Shown: positions 19,946-29,214, numbered from the stretch's first letter. The stretch: DNA of 64,000 nt from IMGVR_UViG_3300037110_000087:186001-250000; one strand, 5' to 3'. Program-made: numbers and translations. The notes: generated by a model from the letters alone, not told the origin.

Positions 19946-20188
19946 TTAAAACCTATAAATAAAAGTGGCAACACCTGGGACTTCATATTTTCTGAGCTTC
20001 TTGTGATCCTCATCCACGAGTTTCAATACTTTAGATTTAATGGACTCTGAATCTTCATCCAGATCTACTTCGATCTCAAATTTGAAATGCCTAGTGTAAT
20101 TAGAAGATGGTCCAATCCTTATACTTACTGAGACATTAGCTGGAATTACTTCCATTACTGGATAGGAGCCTTCAGCTTTTATTTTCAT
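19946..20188 (-). CDS. hypothetical protein
   Basis: ORF, overlap-coupled. Confidence 0.55.
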   Translation of the reverse strand: MKIKAEGSYPVMEVIPANVSVSIRIGPSSNYTRHFKFEIEVDLDEDSESIKSKVLKLVDEDHKKLRKYEVPGVATFIYRF

Positions 20189-20430
20189 TTCTTCTTCTTA
20201 AAACAATCTTCAACGCATTGTCTGGTCGCAGCCATGCCAGTGATATAGGTATTCCAGCACCTTGAAAAAACTGGATCTTCCAGCCTCACATCAACACATC
20301 TAGTAATCGCGTCCCTGATTACTTCCGGAACTTGGCTCCCGTCTTCAACACTTAACATGAATGCTTCGTGTAAGACTGCGGCCTCTTTCAATAAATCTGT
20401 TTCATAAGTTAAACTAATTATCCCACTCAC
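20185..20430 (-). CDS. hypothetical protein
   Basis: GTG start with SD GAGG; TG-T-TATACT extended -10 upstream (~20461-20469). Confidence 0.55.
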   Translation of the reverse strand: MSGIISLTYETDLLKEAAVLHEAFMLSVEDGSQVPEVIRDAITRCVDVRLEDPVFSRCWNTYITGMAATRQCVEDCFKKKK

Positions 20431-20483
20431 TGCAACCTCATAAGTTTTTGGTTCTTATGTAGTATAACAGTCAGTGGAATTTG

Positions 20484-20726
20484 TTAAACATAACTGAGTG
20501 GAATGGTTCGCACGAAATATTTGAGCTTAACCCCAGGATCGTCCAGGGTAAGAATGTAACCACCCTCTAATAAACCAACTATTCCGTATCTGGATCCATC
20601 CTCTTCAATAGAAACCAATTTCTTGAAATCAACTGCGTAGGGATATTTCCTACGATAGAGAATCTCTGTCCCCTCATCAGCCTGAGATAACTGCTTCTTG
20701 AGCTTCATGATTTCATCGGCGTTCAT
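20484..20726 (-). CDS. hypothetical protein
   Basis: ORF. Confidence 0.55.
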   Translation of the reverse strand: MNADEIMKLKKQLSQADEGTEILYRRKYPYAVDFKKLVSIEEDGSRYGIVGLLEGGYILTLDDPGVKLKYFVRTIPLSYV

Positions 20727-20760
20727 GATTTCATCGTGATCCTGTAAAGTTCAACTGTCT

Positions 20761-20952
20761 TTATACCCTTACCTCATACTGCTTATGAGTATTGCGGCAG
20801 ATCGCGTCATAGACCATCACATGGTCGTCCTTGCGCTCTCGTTTGAGCAGAAGTAGACCAGCGATCTGATGGAACAACATGGGTTGTTTGCAACAAGGAC
20901 AAGAGATTGTCCCGGCCTTGAGGGTCTGATCCGGGAAAATAATGAACATCAT
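20761..20952 (-). CDS. small Cys-containing hypothetical protein
   Basis: SD GGAG, CPCC. Confidence 0.5.
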   Translation of the reverse strand: MMFIIFPDQTLKAGTISCPCCKQPMLFHQIAGLLLLKRERKDDHVMVYDAICRNTHKQYEVRV

Positions 20953-21121
20953 TGCTCCCTGGGATCAATAGTCTGAATAGTGGTCCAGATACCATTCTGC
21001 TTGGATTGAATTTCGAAACGGGAATTGAGCACCCTCTTTCCATCCCGTATGGCGATATCAGCGGATTCATAAAATCCCTGAGCGGTACCATTACACAAGA
21101 GTCTGAAAAGATCGTCGGTAT

Positions 21122-22639
21122 TCATTGTTGCTCCTGAATGAACTGGAAACAGGCTTCCTCTTTCTGCCGCTGGACTTCCTGAGGGATTCCCGTTATGGGT
21201 AGATTAACAGGTCGAAAGTTATTCAGAAATGCCATCAAATTAAAGAAGACGACAACCGACTCAATTGCTCCCACACTGTAGAGATCGATGGCCTGAGCCA
21301 ACCCATCGAAATCCTCTTCGACATAGTTTCTGAACCGCTTGGAGAAGTTGACCAGATCTTTAACATCCCTCGATTCCCAGTTCTTGATGAAGGGAGGGAG
21401 TTCATGGGTCCACATCCAGTCCAGTTGCTGCTTTTTGGTAGCCCCCCACAGATCCACGTTTTTGGGTGTCCACGCTTTTTCCAGGAACAAAATCGTATAC
21501 ATGGTCCTGATGTTAGCCTTAATGTGATCCAGGGTATAGGCGACACGTGCAGTAATGAAGGGCATGACCTCATGTGCTGGGTCAATCTCAGCCATGGTTC
21601 GGAAGAACTGGCTAGGATGATTGGAAACGAATGCCTTCTCCATTTCCATCTTCACCCGGCTTGGAGGAACATGATTAACGAGTTCGAACCCCCTGATCAT
21701 GAATTCCAGGGATTCCTTCGAGACTGTCCACCGGGGTCCCAGCTGAGCAGAGAATCGAGCAGCGCGGAGGACTCTGAGGGGATCCTCCCAAAAGGCATCG
21801 CTGACATGCCTCAGGATCTTGCTCGACAGATCAGACAAGGCCCAGGGGTGATAGGAAATGATGTTTCCAGCGCTGGTAATCGAGATCGTGTTGACGGTCA
21901 GATCCCTACGCATCGCATCATCTTCGAAGGATTTACAGGGAACTGCTTCAAAATCACTGTGCTTGTTGCCGGTCTTCCGTTCGGTTCTGCAACACGCGAT
22001 CTCATGTGATTCCCCATCCGTCTTGAAGAGGTAGACAGGAAACTTGGCATCGATGCGGGTCAGACCCATGGCTTCAAGAGTATCTGGATCGGCGTTGGTC
22101 ACGATATCCTTGTCATGAGGAATACGGACTTGGCCCAGGTGGGATAAGAGAGTATCACGGACGAAACCACCGATCAAGCGGAACTCAGGCTCTTCCAGCC
22201 CGGTCCGTGCTGCAAGACCCTCCAGATCCCGTAGCAACTGCACTTCCGGCATCGCGTAGAAATCTTTGTCTGAGAAGCCCCTGATCATTTTTTCTTCCTT
22301 CCGTTTCGCCTTCATGCGCTCCTTGTATTCCCGCAACTTCTTTTCACCCTTATCGAGTGGTCGATCTTTCAGCCAATAACAGGATCTCCTAGAAGAGTAG
22401 GGGATACCGGAGGATTTCTTGCGCACATGTTCCCTGGTTGCCAATTCAACCCTAAGTTGCATCTCTGGCTTATTGGGTTCCCTGGCTTCTCTCGTGTCCC
22501 TGTCCCAGTCGGAATAATGAAACCGGAACTTCCGCAGAAGGTTCAGCAACCGTTTGGTGTCCATCTGCTTGAGATCCAGATACTGATGCAGGTCAGTGGT
22601 CTTCAAGCATGGGATGGGGCCTGGAAGGAACTGACTCAT
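21122..22639 (-). CDS. cca: CCA-adding tRNA nucleotidyltransferase (class II), possibly with N-terminal fused domain; alternative start 22288
   Basis: GGFVRD, DKD, RTE, DAMRRDLTVN, EDPLRVLRAARF. Confidence 0.85.
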   Translation of the reverse strand: MSQFLPGPIPCLKTTDLHQYLDLKQMDTKRLLNLLRKFRFHYSDWDRDTREAREPNKPEMQLRVELATREHVRKKSSGIPYSSRRSCYWLKDRPLDKGEKKLREYKERMKAKRKEEKMIRGFSDKDFYAMPEVQLLRDLEGLAARTGLEEPEFRLIGGFVRDTLLSHLGQVRIPHDKDIVTNADPDTLEAMGLTRIDAKFPVYLFKTDGESHEIACCRTERKTGNKHSDFEAVPCKSFEDDAMRRDLTVNTISITSAGNIISYHPWALSDLSSKILRHVSDAFWEDPLRVLRAARFSAQLGPRWTVSKESLEFMIRGFELVNHVPPSRVKMEMEKAFVSNHPSQFFRTMAEIDPAHEVMPFITARVAYTLDHIKANIRTMYTILFLEKAWTPKNVDLWGATKKQQLDWMWTHELPPFIKNWESRDVKDLVNFSKRFRNYVEEDFDGLAQAIDLYSVGAIESVVVFFNLMAFLNNFRPVNLPITGIPQEVQRQKEEACFQFIQEQQ

Positions 22640-22686
22640 TTGGATTTCTCCTGGATGCCCTAGTGTAACACACGATCTTAGTCGTG

Positions 22687-22968
22687 TCAATGATTCCTGA
22701 GGGCCTGAATAGCAATCCTGGCATCTTGAATGGTGGACCATCCTTGGAATCCACACTGTTTACAGTGGACATAAAAATGTTCGTGGTCATTGGCCCCATC
22801 CCCGGTGGAATCCTGGGCCGAACGATAGAGGAGAGTATCAGGCTGACTACCACACTTAGGACAGGCTAATTCCTGAGTCTGATTGAGAGTAAACTGTTTG
22901 GTCTTGTCCACTGGATCAGGGGAGCAAGCCAACATGCCTAGGAGGGCCAACGCGAAGAATTTTTTCAC
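22687..22968 (-). CDS. Putative lipoprotein with Zn-ribbon
   Basis: MKKFFALALLGMLAC lipobox; CPKCG...CKQCG. Confidence 0.6.
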   Translation of the reverse strand: MKKFFALALLGMLACSPDPVDKTKQFTLNQTQELACPKCGSQPDTLLYRSAQDSTGDGANDHEHFYVHCKQCGFQGWSTIQDARIAIQALRNH

Positions 22969-23090
22969 AATTTCTCCTATTGATCTGGTGTATTACAAGA
23001 TTCAATCCAACTACGAAAGAACCAAATGAGCCATCCCACACCCAATATCGCTGCGATTAGCATCCGTAAGTTATCGGTCATGACTTCTTC

Positions 23091-23390
23091 CTATCGATAC
23101 ATATGGTTGTCAATATGACCGCTTTTCTCGGTCCCGAATTGTTTGTTGTAGAAATTAATGATCCAATTATATAGCCCGATTCTATACAGCCAGCAGAAAA
23201 AGGTCCCTATCATACAACAGACACACATAAGGAGGGAGAAACCTCCTAGGACGGTCATACAAGCTGCATCAGTTGAGTTATCCGGATGGGATCCCCAGCC
23301 TTCAGGCGTTAGATATTTACCCAGGAAGGCAGACAACATCCCAGCCAGGAGCCATATCATTAGGTATTCTATAAAATAGAGGATTATCAT
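23091..23390 (-). CDS. membrane protein
   Basis: two hydrophobic segments. Confidence 0.5.
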   Translation of the reverse strand: MIILYFIEYLMIWLLAGMLSAFLGKYLTPEGWGSHPDNSTDAACMTVLGGFSLLMCVCCMIGTFFCWLYRIGLYNWIINFYNKQFGTEKSGHIDNHMYR

Positions 23391-23617
23391 GCTAGATGAC
23401 TCGCAATGATCCAGACCAGACTGATGACGAAACATGATCCAGGGACCAGAATCGGGAAAGATGTTTTGATCCCCTTCAATTCGTCCAGCGCACGTTCCAG
23501 CGCACCAGCCTTACTGAAATAACGGATGCTGGCAATGATCCTAAGCAACGTAAATCCACCACTACTGATGCAAAGAATCCAAGCCATGATGTTGATGAAG
23601 ATCTGGAGGGCATGCAT
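23387..23617 (-). CDS. membrane protein
   Basis: two hydrophobic segments. Confidence 0.55.
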   Translation of the reverse strand: MHALQIFINIMAWILCISSGGFTLLRIIASIRYFSKAGALERALDELKGIKTSFPILVPGSCFVISLVWIIASHLA

Positions 23618-23623
23618 ACAATC

Positions 23624-24229
23624 CTAACCGAAGAGAATGACGCAGATGGGGATAATAAGAGAAGCAATACCAGCGGCCACAAAAAGGAAGCCAATCACTG
23701 TTGCTCCTTCACTAGCTTCTTCGAAGGCTTGGCCGACATTTTTGTAGGTAGTCATGCTCTTGGTGAAGCCTATCGCTCTCATAATCGGATTGGGATGGAC
23801 GATGCATTCGGAGGTCTTGACTAGGTAAAGCTTCCGGAAGAGCTTCAACCAGATTAAAGGAGCAAAGATAAAGATTAGCAATCCCATTGCCTTGGCCCAG
23901 AAGAAATGAACCAGGACGATCGTTAGAAGGACTTTACCAGAGAAGGAATTGAGAACTTTATCAGCAGCGATTCCGGTCTTCTCCGCGAATATTGGAATCA
24001 GATCAGCAACCTGCTTGCCCACTCCTAGCCACTCTCCCACCTTCTGAGGATTGGAGATACCCGGAATGGCGGAAGTGGCATTAAGCTTCTCCTGAACAAT
24101 CTTGGCCACTTCGATCTGTTGTTCCTTTGGAAGCTTGGAGAGGTCTGGATGAGCCAATTCCTGCGCGAGGGCAAAGGCAGGAGAAAGGCAGAGGAAGAGG
24201 CCCAGGATGAACAGAATACGTTTGAGCAT
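23624..24229 (-). CDS. membrane protein with signal peptide
   Basis: MLKRILFILGLFLCLSPAFA plus C-terminal TM helices. Confidence 0.65.
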   Translation of the reverse strand: MLKRILFILGLFLCLSPAFALAQELAHPDLSKLPKEQQIEVAKIVQEKLNATSAIPGISNPQKVGEWLGVGKQVADLIPIFAEKTGIAADKVLNSFSGKVLLTIVLVHFFWAKAMGLLIFIFAPLIWLKLFRKLYLVKTSECIVHPNPIMRAIGFTKSMTTYKNVGQAFEEASEGATVIGFLFVAAGIASLIIPICVILFG

Positions 24230-24240
24230 TTCGGTTCCTT

Positions 24241-24744
24241 TCAAGAAAGACCGATTTCGGAGAGGGGGATGTCACCAATGATAGTGGTGACGACAGGTGG
24301 TACATAAACTGAAGTGAATGGTGGTACAACCACTGAGTAAACATGACCGAATTCGAGGTCACAGGAAGTCGCCATCCTCCAAATCACATCTTCGCCAGCT
24401 CCATGAGTATTGCGACCAATCAGACGATCATCATAGGGCAGTGCGTGAATCTCGACTTCGTAACCATGTTTCTTGGCCAAATCCACATAGAATTTGCGAT
24501 CCCGCTGTTTGATATTGGTGTTGTCCACCACCACGATAGGATAATCATGTTCCACTGCCCAAGCTGCTGCATCCTGACAGCAATTATGACAGTAGCCAAG
24601 CCGATTGGGGTTGAATTCATAGTTTCCTGCGTCATCGACCATATAATGATCGGCTGAGCAGATGAACGGGAAATGGAAATGGTTCTGAATGTAAGTGGAT
24701 TTCCCACTACCGGGGACACCGACCATCAGGATGAGTTTACCCAC
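24241..24744 (-). CDS. P-loop kinase (AAA_33, polynucleotide kinase-like)
   Basis: GVPGSGKST, SADHY, VVDNTN, RNTHG. Confidence 0.85.
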   Translation of the reverse strand: MGKLILMVGVPGSGKSTYIQNHFHFPFICSADHYMVDDAGNYEFNPNRLGYCHNCCQDAAAWAVEHDYPIVVVDNTNIKQRDRKFYVDLAKKHGYEVEIHALPYDDRLIGRNTHGAGEDVIWRMATSCDLEFGHVYSVVVPPFTSVYVPPVVTTIIGDIPLSEIGLS

Positions 24745-24747
24745 AGA

Positions 24748-24790
24748 ATTGCCTCCAATTCTCTAACTAACTGAGAATTGGAGGCAATTG
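24748..24790 (-). promoter_or_regulatory. long hairpin sequestering the SD of the kinase gene
   Basis: AATTGCCTCCAATTCTC / GAGAATTGGAGGCAATT inverted repeat containing GGAGG. Confidence 0.55.
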
Positions 24791-24988
24791 TTAGACGGTG
24801 GCCTTCCGGTCCGTCGCCCTGCGCCCTTGAGCCACTATGAACGAGGGAAGACGACAGGGATTCGGCTCCGGAACGGGAGGAGCCGCTACCATATGGAATC
24901 CACAGACATCACAGCGAAGCAGCCCAGGTTCCGCAGCCCAATTAGAGGCCACTTCCATGGAGAACGAGCCACATTTGTCGCATCTCAT
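24791..24988 (-). CDS. small Zn-ribbon protein
   Basis: CDKC...CDVC; SD AGGAG. Confidence 0.6.
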   Translation of the reverse strand: MRCDKCGSFSMEVASNWAAEPGLLRCDVCGFHMVAAPPVPEPNPCRLPSFIVAQGRRATDRKATV

Positions 24989-25021
24989 GATTTCTCCTGT
25001 AGATGGTTTTGGGTCCGTTCA

Positions 25022-25050
25022 AGTATAACGCAGGAGAAGGCTCCTGTCAA
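25022..25050 (-). promoter_or_regulatory. sigma70 promoter
   Basis: TTGACA-N17-TATACT. Confidence 0.75.
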
Positions 25051-25051
25051 T

Positions 25052-25510
25052 CTACTCCTCAGCCCATCCAGTGGACAGAGGTTCCCAATATTCCTGACCG
25101 AAGAATAGCTGGTGGCCAAGCAAATTGTCACGGAAATCTCTAACCCATTCCACACCCTTGTGCTTCTTCATCCCGGTAGCCAAGGTGACATGAGGTAAGT
25201 AGGAGGTAAAAGAATCAACTCCACCGCGATCAATCCAAGCGTTGTGTAATGCCTCGATTCCAGTGCTTTTAATCTTCGCAACTAAATAACCAAGCCGGTC
25301 ATGACCATCCCAGTATTGCAAACTGATGATTTGACCACGGTAGCACATGGCGGGACGAATATAGATAGAAGGATTCGGCACAGTCACTTTGCTGTAAAGA
25401 AGAGTAATATGGAGCGATTTGGGCAAGTGAATCGGTGTGCCCACTAGCTTCTGTCTGAGTAATTTCTCAGATTCCTGTCTCACCTTCAGTGCAACAAATG
25501 TCCCTGCCAT
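25052..25510 (-). CDS. 2H phosphoesterase (Acb1/T4 57B-like)
   Basis: two HxT motifs: LHITLLYSK and YLPHVTL. Confidence 0.75.
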   Translation of the reverse strand: MAGTFVALKVRQESEKLLRQKLVGTPIHLPKSLHITLLYSKVTVPNPSIYIRPAMCYRGQIISLQYWDGHDRLGYLVAKIKSTGIEALHNAWIDRGGVDSFTSYLPHVTLATGMKKHKGVEWVRDFRDNLLGHQLFFGQEYWEPLSTGWAEE

Positions 25511-25983
25511 TATGATTCCTTTTCTACTTTAGCCCTACCACCTGCGTCATACTTCTTAGTGATTTCTTCACCCTTTTTGATATCTTTGATGGTTTTGACT
25601 TCCACAAAGTCCTTGCCAATGACCTGCTTGGCATTTGGATGGTCGTCGTGGTTGAGCATTACAAAATAGCTAAGGCCGATTGGATTCTTGCCCTTAAACA
25701 GTTTAACTTGACTGAGCTTTTCCTTCTCACTCTTAGCGAACGGGTAATTGACTGGACCAAAAGGCATTGCATGGGTATCATACCATTTGAAACCATATAG
25801 ATCCACGAGCTTGGAATCCTTCATCAGCTTCCAGTCCTCGTCGGAGATCATGGACACCTTATCATGACAAATCACTGTACCCGAAGGGATGTCCTTGGCA
25901 GCAAATAAACCATTGCCCTTACCGGGAGAGACTTTCACACAGACTAGGCCCTTGTCTACTTCAGCGATCAAATGCAGTTTCAT
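25510..25983 (-). CDS. SET-domain lysine methyltransferase with Ala7 leader (MKLHLIA)
   Basis: KGNGLFAAKDIPSG, LNHDDHPNA, DIKKGEEITKKYD; ATGA overlap with holA-like stop. Confidence 0.85.
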   Translation of the reverse strand: MKLHLIAEVDKGLVCVKVSPGKGNGLFAAKDIPSGTVICHDKVSMISDEDWKLMKDSKLVDLYGFKWYDTHAMPFGPVNYPFAKSEKEKLSQVKLFKGKNPIGLSYFVMLNHDDHPNAKQVIGKDFVEVKTIKDIKKGEEITKKYDAGGRAKVEKES

Positions 25984-26879
25984 AGTCCCAGCCACAACAT
26001 GATTTCTTGTTTAAAGATTTCAGACTTAGTGAGATCACCCACATTTTTGAGTCTTATTTCCATTGTAACAAGACAATTGAGCAGAGTGTGCACGGTGTCG
26101 ATTTTGACCGCAGCAGCCTGCTCAAAAACTTTCTTGGCCCGGAAAGGGTGCATCTTGTTTAGTTCCGCGTATTGATCAGAGGTCATTTTCTTAGCTCGTG
26201 CGTCCATTACATTCATCAGATCGCAGAGCATTTTTTCCAAGCCAAGGCATAGAGTAATTGGTTCATGTTCCTCAGTTAAGATGAACATGGCCTGGAGGGT
26301 TGCTCTGGAATTCCTTGCTAACAGGGCATTGAATAAGTCCCAAATTTGAGCCTTATACCCGATTACTGTTCTGACTATCGCCAGAGTCACTCGATTCTCA
26401 TTGGCCTGTAGACCCACTGCATACGCAGAATTCCATAACCCTATTGGATCCTGGATCTTCCCAGTGGCATCCCGGTGACTATCTACCAACATCTTCCAGG
26501 CATCTGGTTCGAATCTAATACCCTTCTCTTCTAATCGTTTGGTCGCTACCGTCAGGATCTCGAATTCAGAAGGTCCAATCCAATCTTCAGCAGCCTTGCA
26601 TTGTTTGCTGTCGGTGACCATCACGAAGGGGCAGGATAGTTTCCGCTTCTCCGCTGCCTTCCATACCGTTGCCTCATAAGAGGTCCAATACAGGGCTTTA
26701 GAAAATAAATTTCCTCTGGAGCAAGCTTCCAGAAGCTCTTCAGACGGAATTTCCACCACCTTATAGCCAAGAGTATTTAAATACTCTTTGAATAACTTGA
26801 TATGGTAGGAATTATCGAATCTCAGGCAGAAATTCTTTACCTTGTTCCTCAGATAGACTGAGAAGGTATTAGCGTCCAC
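25980..26879 (-). CDS. DNA polymerase III delta (HolA)-like clamp loader subunit
   Basis: NLFS, IWDLFNALL, EPITL, MHPFRAKK, MEIRLK pattern of HolA. Confidence 0.65.
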   Translation of the reverse strand: MDANTFSVYLRNKVKNFCLRFDNSYHIKLFKEYLNTLGYKVVEIPSEELLEACSRGNLFSKALYWTSYEATVWKAAEKRKLSCPFVMVTDSKQCKAAEDWIGPSEFEILTVATKRLEEKGIRFEPDAWKMLVDSHRDATGKIQDPIGLWNSAYAVGLQANENRVTLAIVRTVIGYKAQIWDLFNALLARNSRATLQAMFILTEEHEPITLCLGLEKMLCDLMNVMDARAKKMTSDQYAELNKMHPFRAKKVFEQAAAVKIDTVHTLLNCLVTMEIRLKNVGDLTKSEIFKQEIMLWLGL

Positions 26880-27006
26880 GGCTTATTACCACCATCAAAG
26901 CAGCGAACAACACAAATATAAGAAGCATGATACAAGGATAAATATCACACCAGTAATTTCTGGATGTTACTTTGGACATAATTCCTCTAATCCAGGATAT
27001 CATACT

Positions 27007-27579
27007 CTAATCCGCGCCCTGATGAAGATCTCCAGTATGTCTGGCTTCACTGATAGCCCGAAGTGCGGAGCTACTGATATGAGCTAAATTACGATTAGTA
27101 ATGAAGAAAGCTGTCGGGATATTCAATCCCAAGTCCTCATTCCAGTATTGCTGATTCATCTCATACTGAAGATCATCACCATTACGAAGACCACGAATGA
27201 CCGCCGAAATCCCATGATTCTCGGTGAATGGATAGTAAGAAATACTACTAATATAGTCTACCAACAAACCCCAGAACTCCACGACTGTGATACGATACAT
27301 TAAGTCTTCTCTAGTGAACTGGTCACCACAGATAATGGGACTCTGATCTCCGGTTTTTCTTTTTTCGGGATTAATCCCTTGGGCTACAATAACCTTATCA
27401 AAGACTTTGAGAGCCTTAGCCAAAATGTCTGCATGACCAGCATGCCAGGGATTGAAGGTACCAGGATATAAGCCAATCTTAGGATTGCCAACTTTGGTGA
27501 TCCATCTTGCTGGAGGCAAGCCTTCAAATTGTAGCATTCCGTCCACGATAACAAATGCGGTCATAATGATTCCATCCAT
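27007..27579 (-). CDS. coaD: Phosphopantetheine adenylyltransferase (CoaD)-like
   Basis: YPGTFNPWHAGH, NPEK, IRGLR...YE, HISSS. Confidence 0.8.
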   Translation of the reverse strand: MDGIIMTAFVIVDGMLQFEGLPPARWITKVGNPKIGLYPGTFNPWHAGHADILAKALKVFDKVIVAQGINPEKRKTGDQSPIICGDQFTREDLMYRITVVEFWGLLVDYISSISYYPFTENHGISAVIRGLRNGDDLQYEMNQQYWNEDLGLNIPTAFFITNRNLAHISSSALRAISEARHTGDLHQGAD

Positions 27580-27737
27580 TTCTTGGCGACGTAAAGTGAG
27601 ACAAAAGTCTTGGATTCAGCTTTTAATTCCGGCTTCGGGTGCGTCACCCAGCCATCCTTCCAGTATTCAATCCACCCAAGTTGAAAGTGGATATGACGGG
27701 TGGGACTTGCTTCAATCCATTCCTCTGTAAGTAGCAT
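27561..27737 (-). CDS. small hypothetical protein
   Basis: ORF between radical SAM and coaD; start uncertain. Confidence 0.4.
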   Translation of the reverse strand: MLLTEEWIEASPTRHIHFQLGWIEYWKDGWVTHPKPELKAESKTFVSLYVAKKWMESL

Positions 27738-27747
27738 GGGTTCCTTT

Positions 27748-28635
27748 CTAGAAAAGATAAGATCCCAAATCATCCCACTTTGTGTAAAGTTTGCAATTGG
27801 GCTGGAGAATCAGATACTTGACGGTCTGTTGGTTAGGGTCAGTGCTCATACAGTCATCATCCACGACCACAGACATTCCATCCACTGAATACCGAATACC
27901 ACCGAAGGGGAGTTTCTCAAGAGGACGTCCGTGGGCCTTGATGTAGTTATTCAGGTCAAACGCCCAGTAAGGATTCACGCTATGAGTGTTGATCCATTCA
28001 TTGATCTCCTGATGCTCCGCACCTTCACTTTGTGAAGTATAGAGCATGCGGAAGGTAATTTGGTCGGCTCCCAATTCTTTGGCCCGAATGAAGATCTCTT
28101 CAGCCGAATGATAATCATAGTCATCAGTCATATTCAGGGAAAGGCGTAAGCCGAACGAATACTTCTTGATCAGCCCACATACCTTGTCAATGTCAACGAC
28201 TAGCTTGTCTGAAGTCTGGTTATATTCGGCATTCTTGGCAGAACTGAAGATAGAGGACAAACTGAGGCTAATGATACTGACGCGGATAGTGTTTCGTAGC
28301 CAACGGAGGATCTCAATATCATCCAGGGTAATACCACTGGTCTGAATTTCAATCCAACGGAAGGGATCACTCAGCTGATGATTATACATGGCAAAGTCGT
28401 TTAGGAAATCTTTGTTCATCAATGGCTCACCATTGCCAGTAAGCATCACCGTATTGCAGCCATTATCCCTAGCGAAGGCCAAGCGGTCTTCGAAGTCCCT
28501 AATCCACAAGTCCCTAAAGGCGAGTTCCTTCTGGATTTTGTCGGGATGAGGACTGGGATGGAGCTTCGACACGCAGAATTTGCAGTGATTAGGACACCCA
28601 GCAGGGACCACAATGGACAAGGATTGGATTTGCAT
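27748..28635 (-). CDS. Radical SAM protein
   Basis: CPNHCKFC (CX3CX2C), TGNGEPL, QTSG. Confidence 0.85.
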   Translation of the reverse strand: MQIQSLSIVVPAGCPNHCKFCVSKLHPSPHPDKIQKELAFRDLWIRDFEDRLAFARDNGCNTVMLTGNGEPLMNKDFLNDFAMYNHQLSDPFRWIEIQTSGITLDDIEILRWLRNTIRVSIISLSLSSIFSSAKNAEYNQTSDKLVVDIDKVCGLIKKYSFGLRLSLNMTDDYDYHSAEEIFIRAKELGADQITFRMLYTSQSEGAEHQEINEWINTHSVNPYWAFDLNNYIKAHGRPLEKLPFGGIRYSVDGMSVVVDDDCMSTDPNQQTVKYLILQPNCKLYTKWDDLGSYLF

Positions 28636-28680
28636 AAGCACTCCTATTCTATTAACCGATGAAAGCTTAAACAAAGATTC

Positions 28681-28696
28681 GGGGCCTTTCGGCCCC
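28681..28696 (-). terminator. hairpin (GAAA loop on minus strand)
   Basis: GGGGCC-TTTC-GGCCCC, identical to 2739-2754. Confidence 0.55.
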
Positions 28697-28719
28697 AGGG
28701 AATCCAGATTTAGATGAGT

Positions 28720-28980
28720 TTATTCCTCGTCTGAAATCTCTTGAATCGCTTTCCATGAATTGTAATATTTCATATAGAATGCATTGTCTGGCATTGACGG
28801 TTCCAGACGCTCAAGAACATCAGCATAAGCCCGATGGTTCAAGCGTCCCATTTCTTCTCCATGTTCTTTGAAATGTTTAGAACAGAAGATGCCGTCCATG
28901 TAAAGATCACGACAGTCTTCACAGATTGGGGGATCTCCTGGCTGAGGATCCCCCCAGACTGGTTCATACTGATCTGACAT
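28720..28980 (-). CDS. hypothetical protein (Cys/His Zn motif)
   Basis: CEDC...CSKH; SD GGAGG. Confidence 0.6.
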   Translation of the reverse strand: MSDQYEPVWGDPQPGDPPICEDCRDLYMDGIFCSKHFKEHGEEMGRLNHRAYADVLERLEPSMPDNAFYMKYYNSWKAIQEISDEE

Positions 28981-29013
28981 ATATACCTCCGAAAGTTAGT
29001 GAACCGATGGTTC

Positions 29014-29214
29014 CTACAGGTGAACCTTGCAGTGAAGAATCTTGTACTGATGTTGGAGAACAACCTTCTCCTCTGGAGTGACAGATATGGTTGGGTCCAA
29101 TCCCTGGATCCACATTCTGATCGCGAACTCCAAAGATTTTTTAGACGGATAGGCTTTGAGTTCGTCATCCGTCAGTTTCAGCACTTCCGCTTTGGTCAGC
29201 ACTTCTGTTTGCAT
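29014..29214 (-). CDS. hypothetical protein
   Basis: SD GGAGG. Confidence 0.55.
   Translation of the reverse strand: MQTEVLTKAEVLKLTDDELKAYPSKKSLEFAIRMWIQGLDPTISVTPEEKVVLQHQYKILHCKVHL

Noticed and set aside
25499-25995. Two adjacent ORFs both starting MAGT in the track
   Set aside because: The SET gene's MAGT comes from an alternative start inside holA; the likely start is ATG 25983, so this is coincidence
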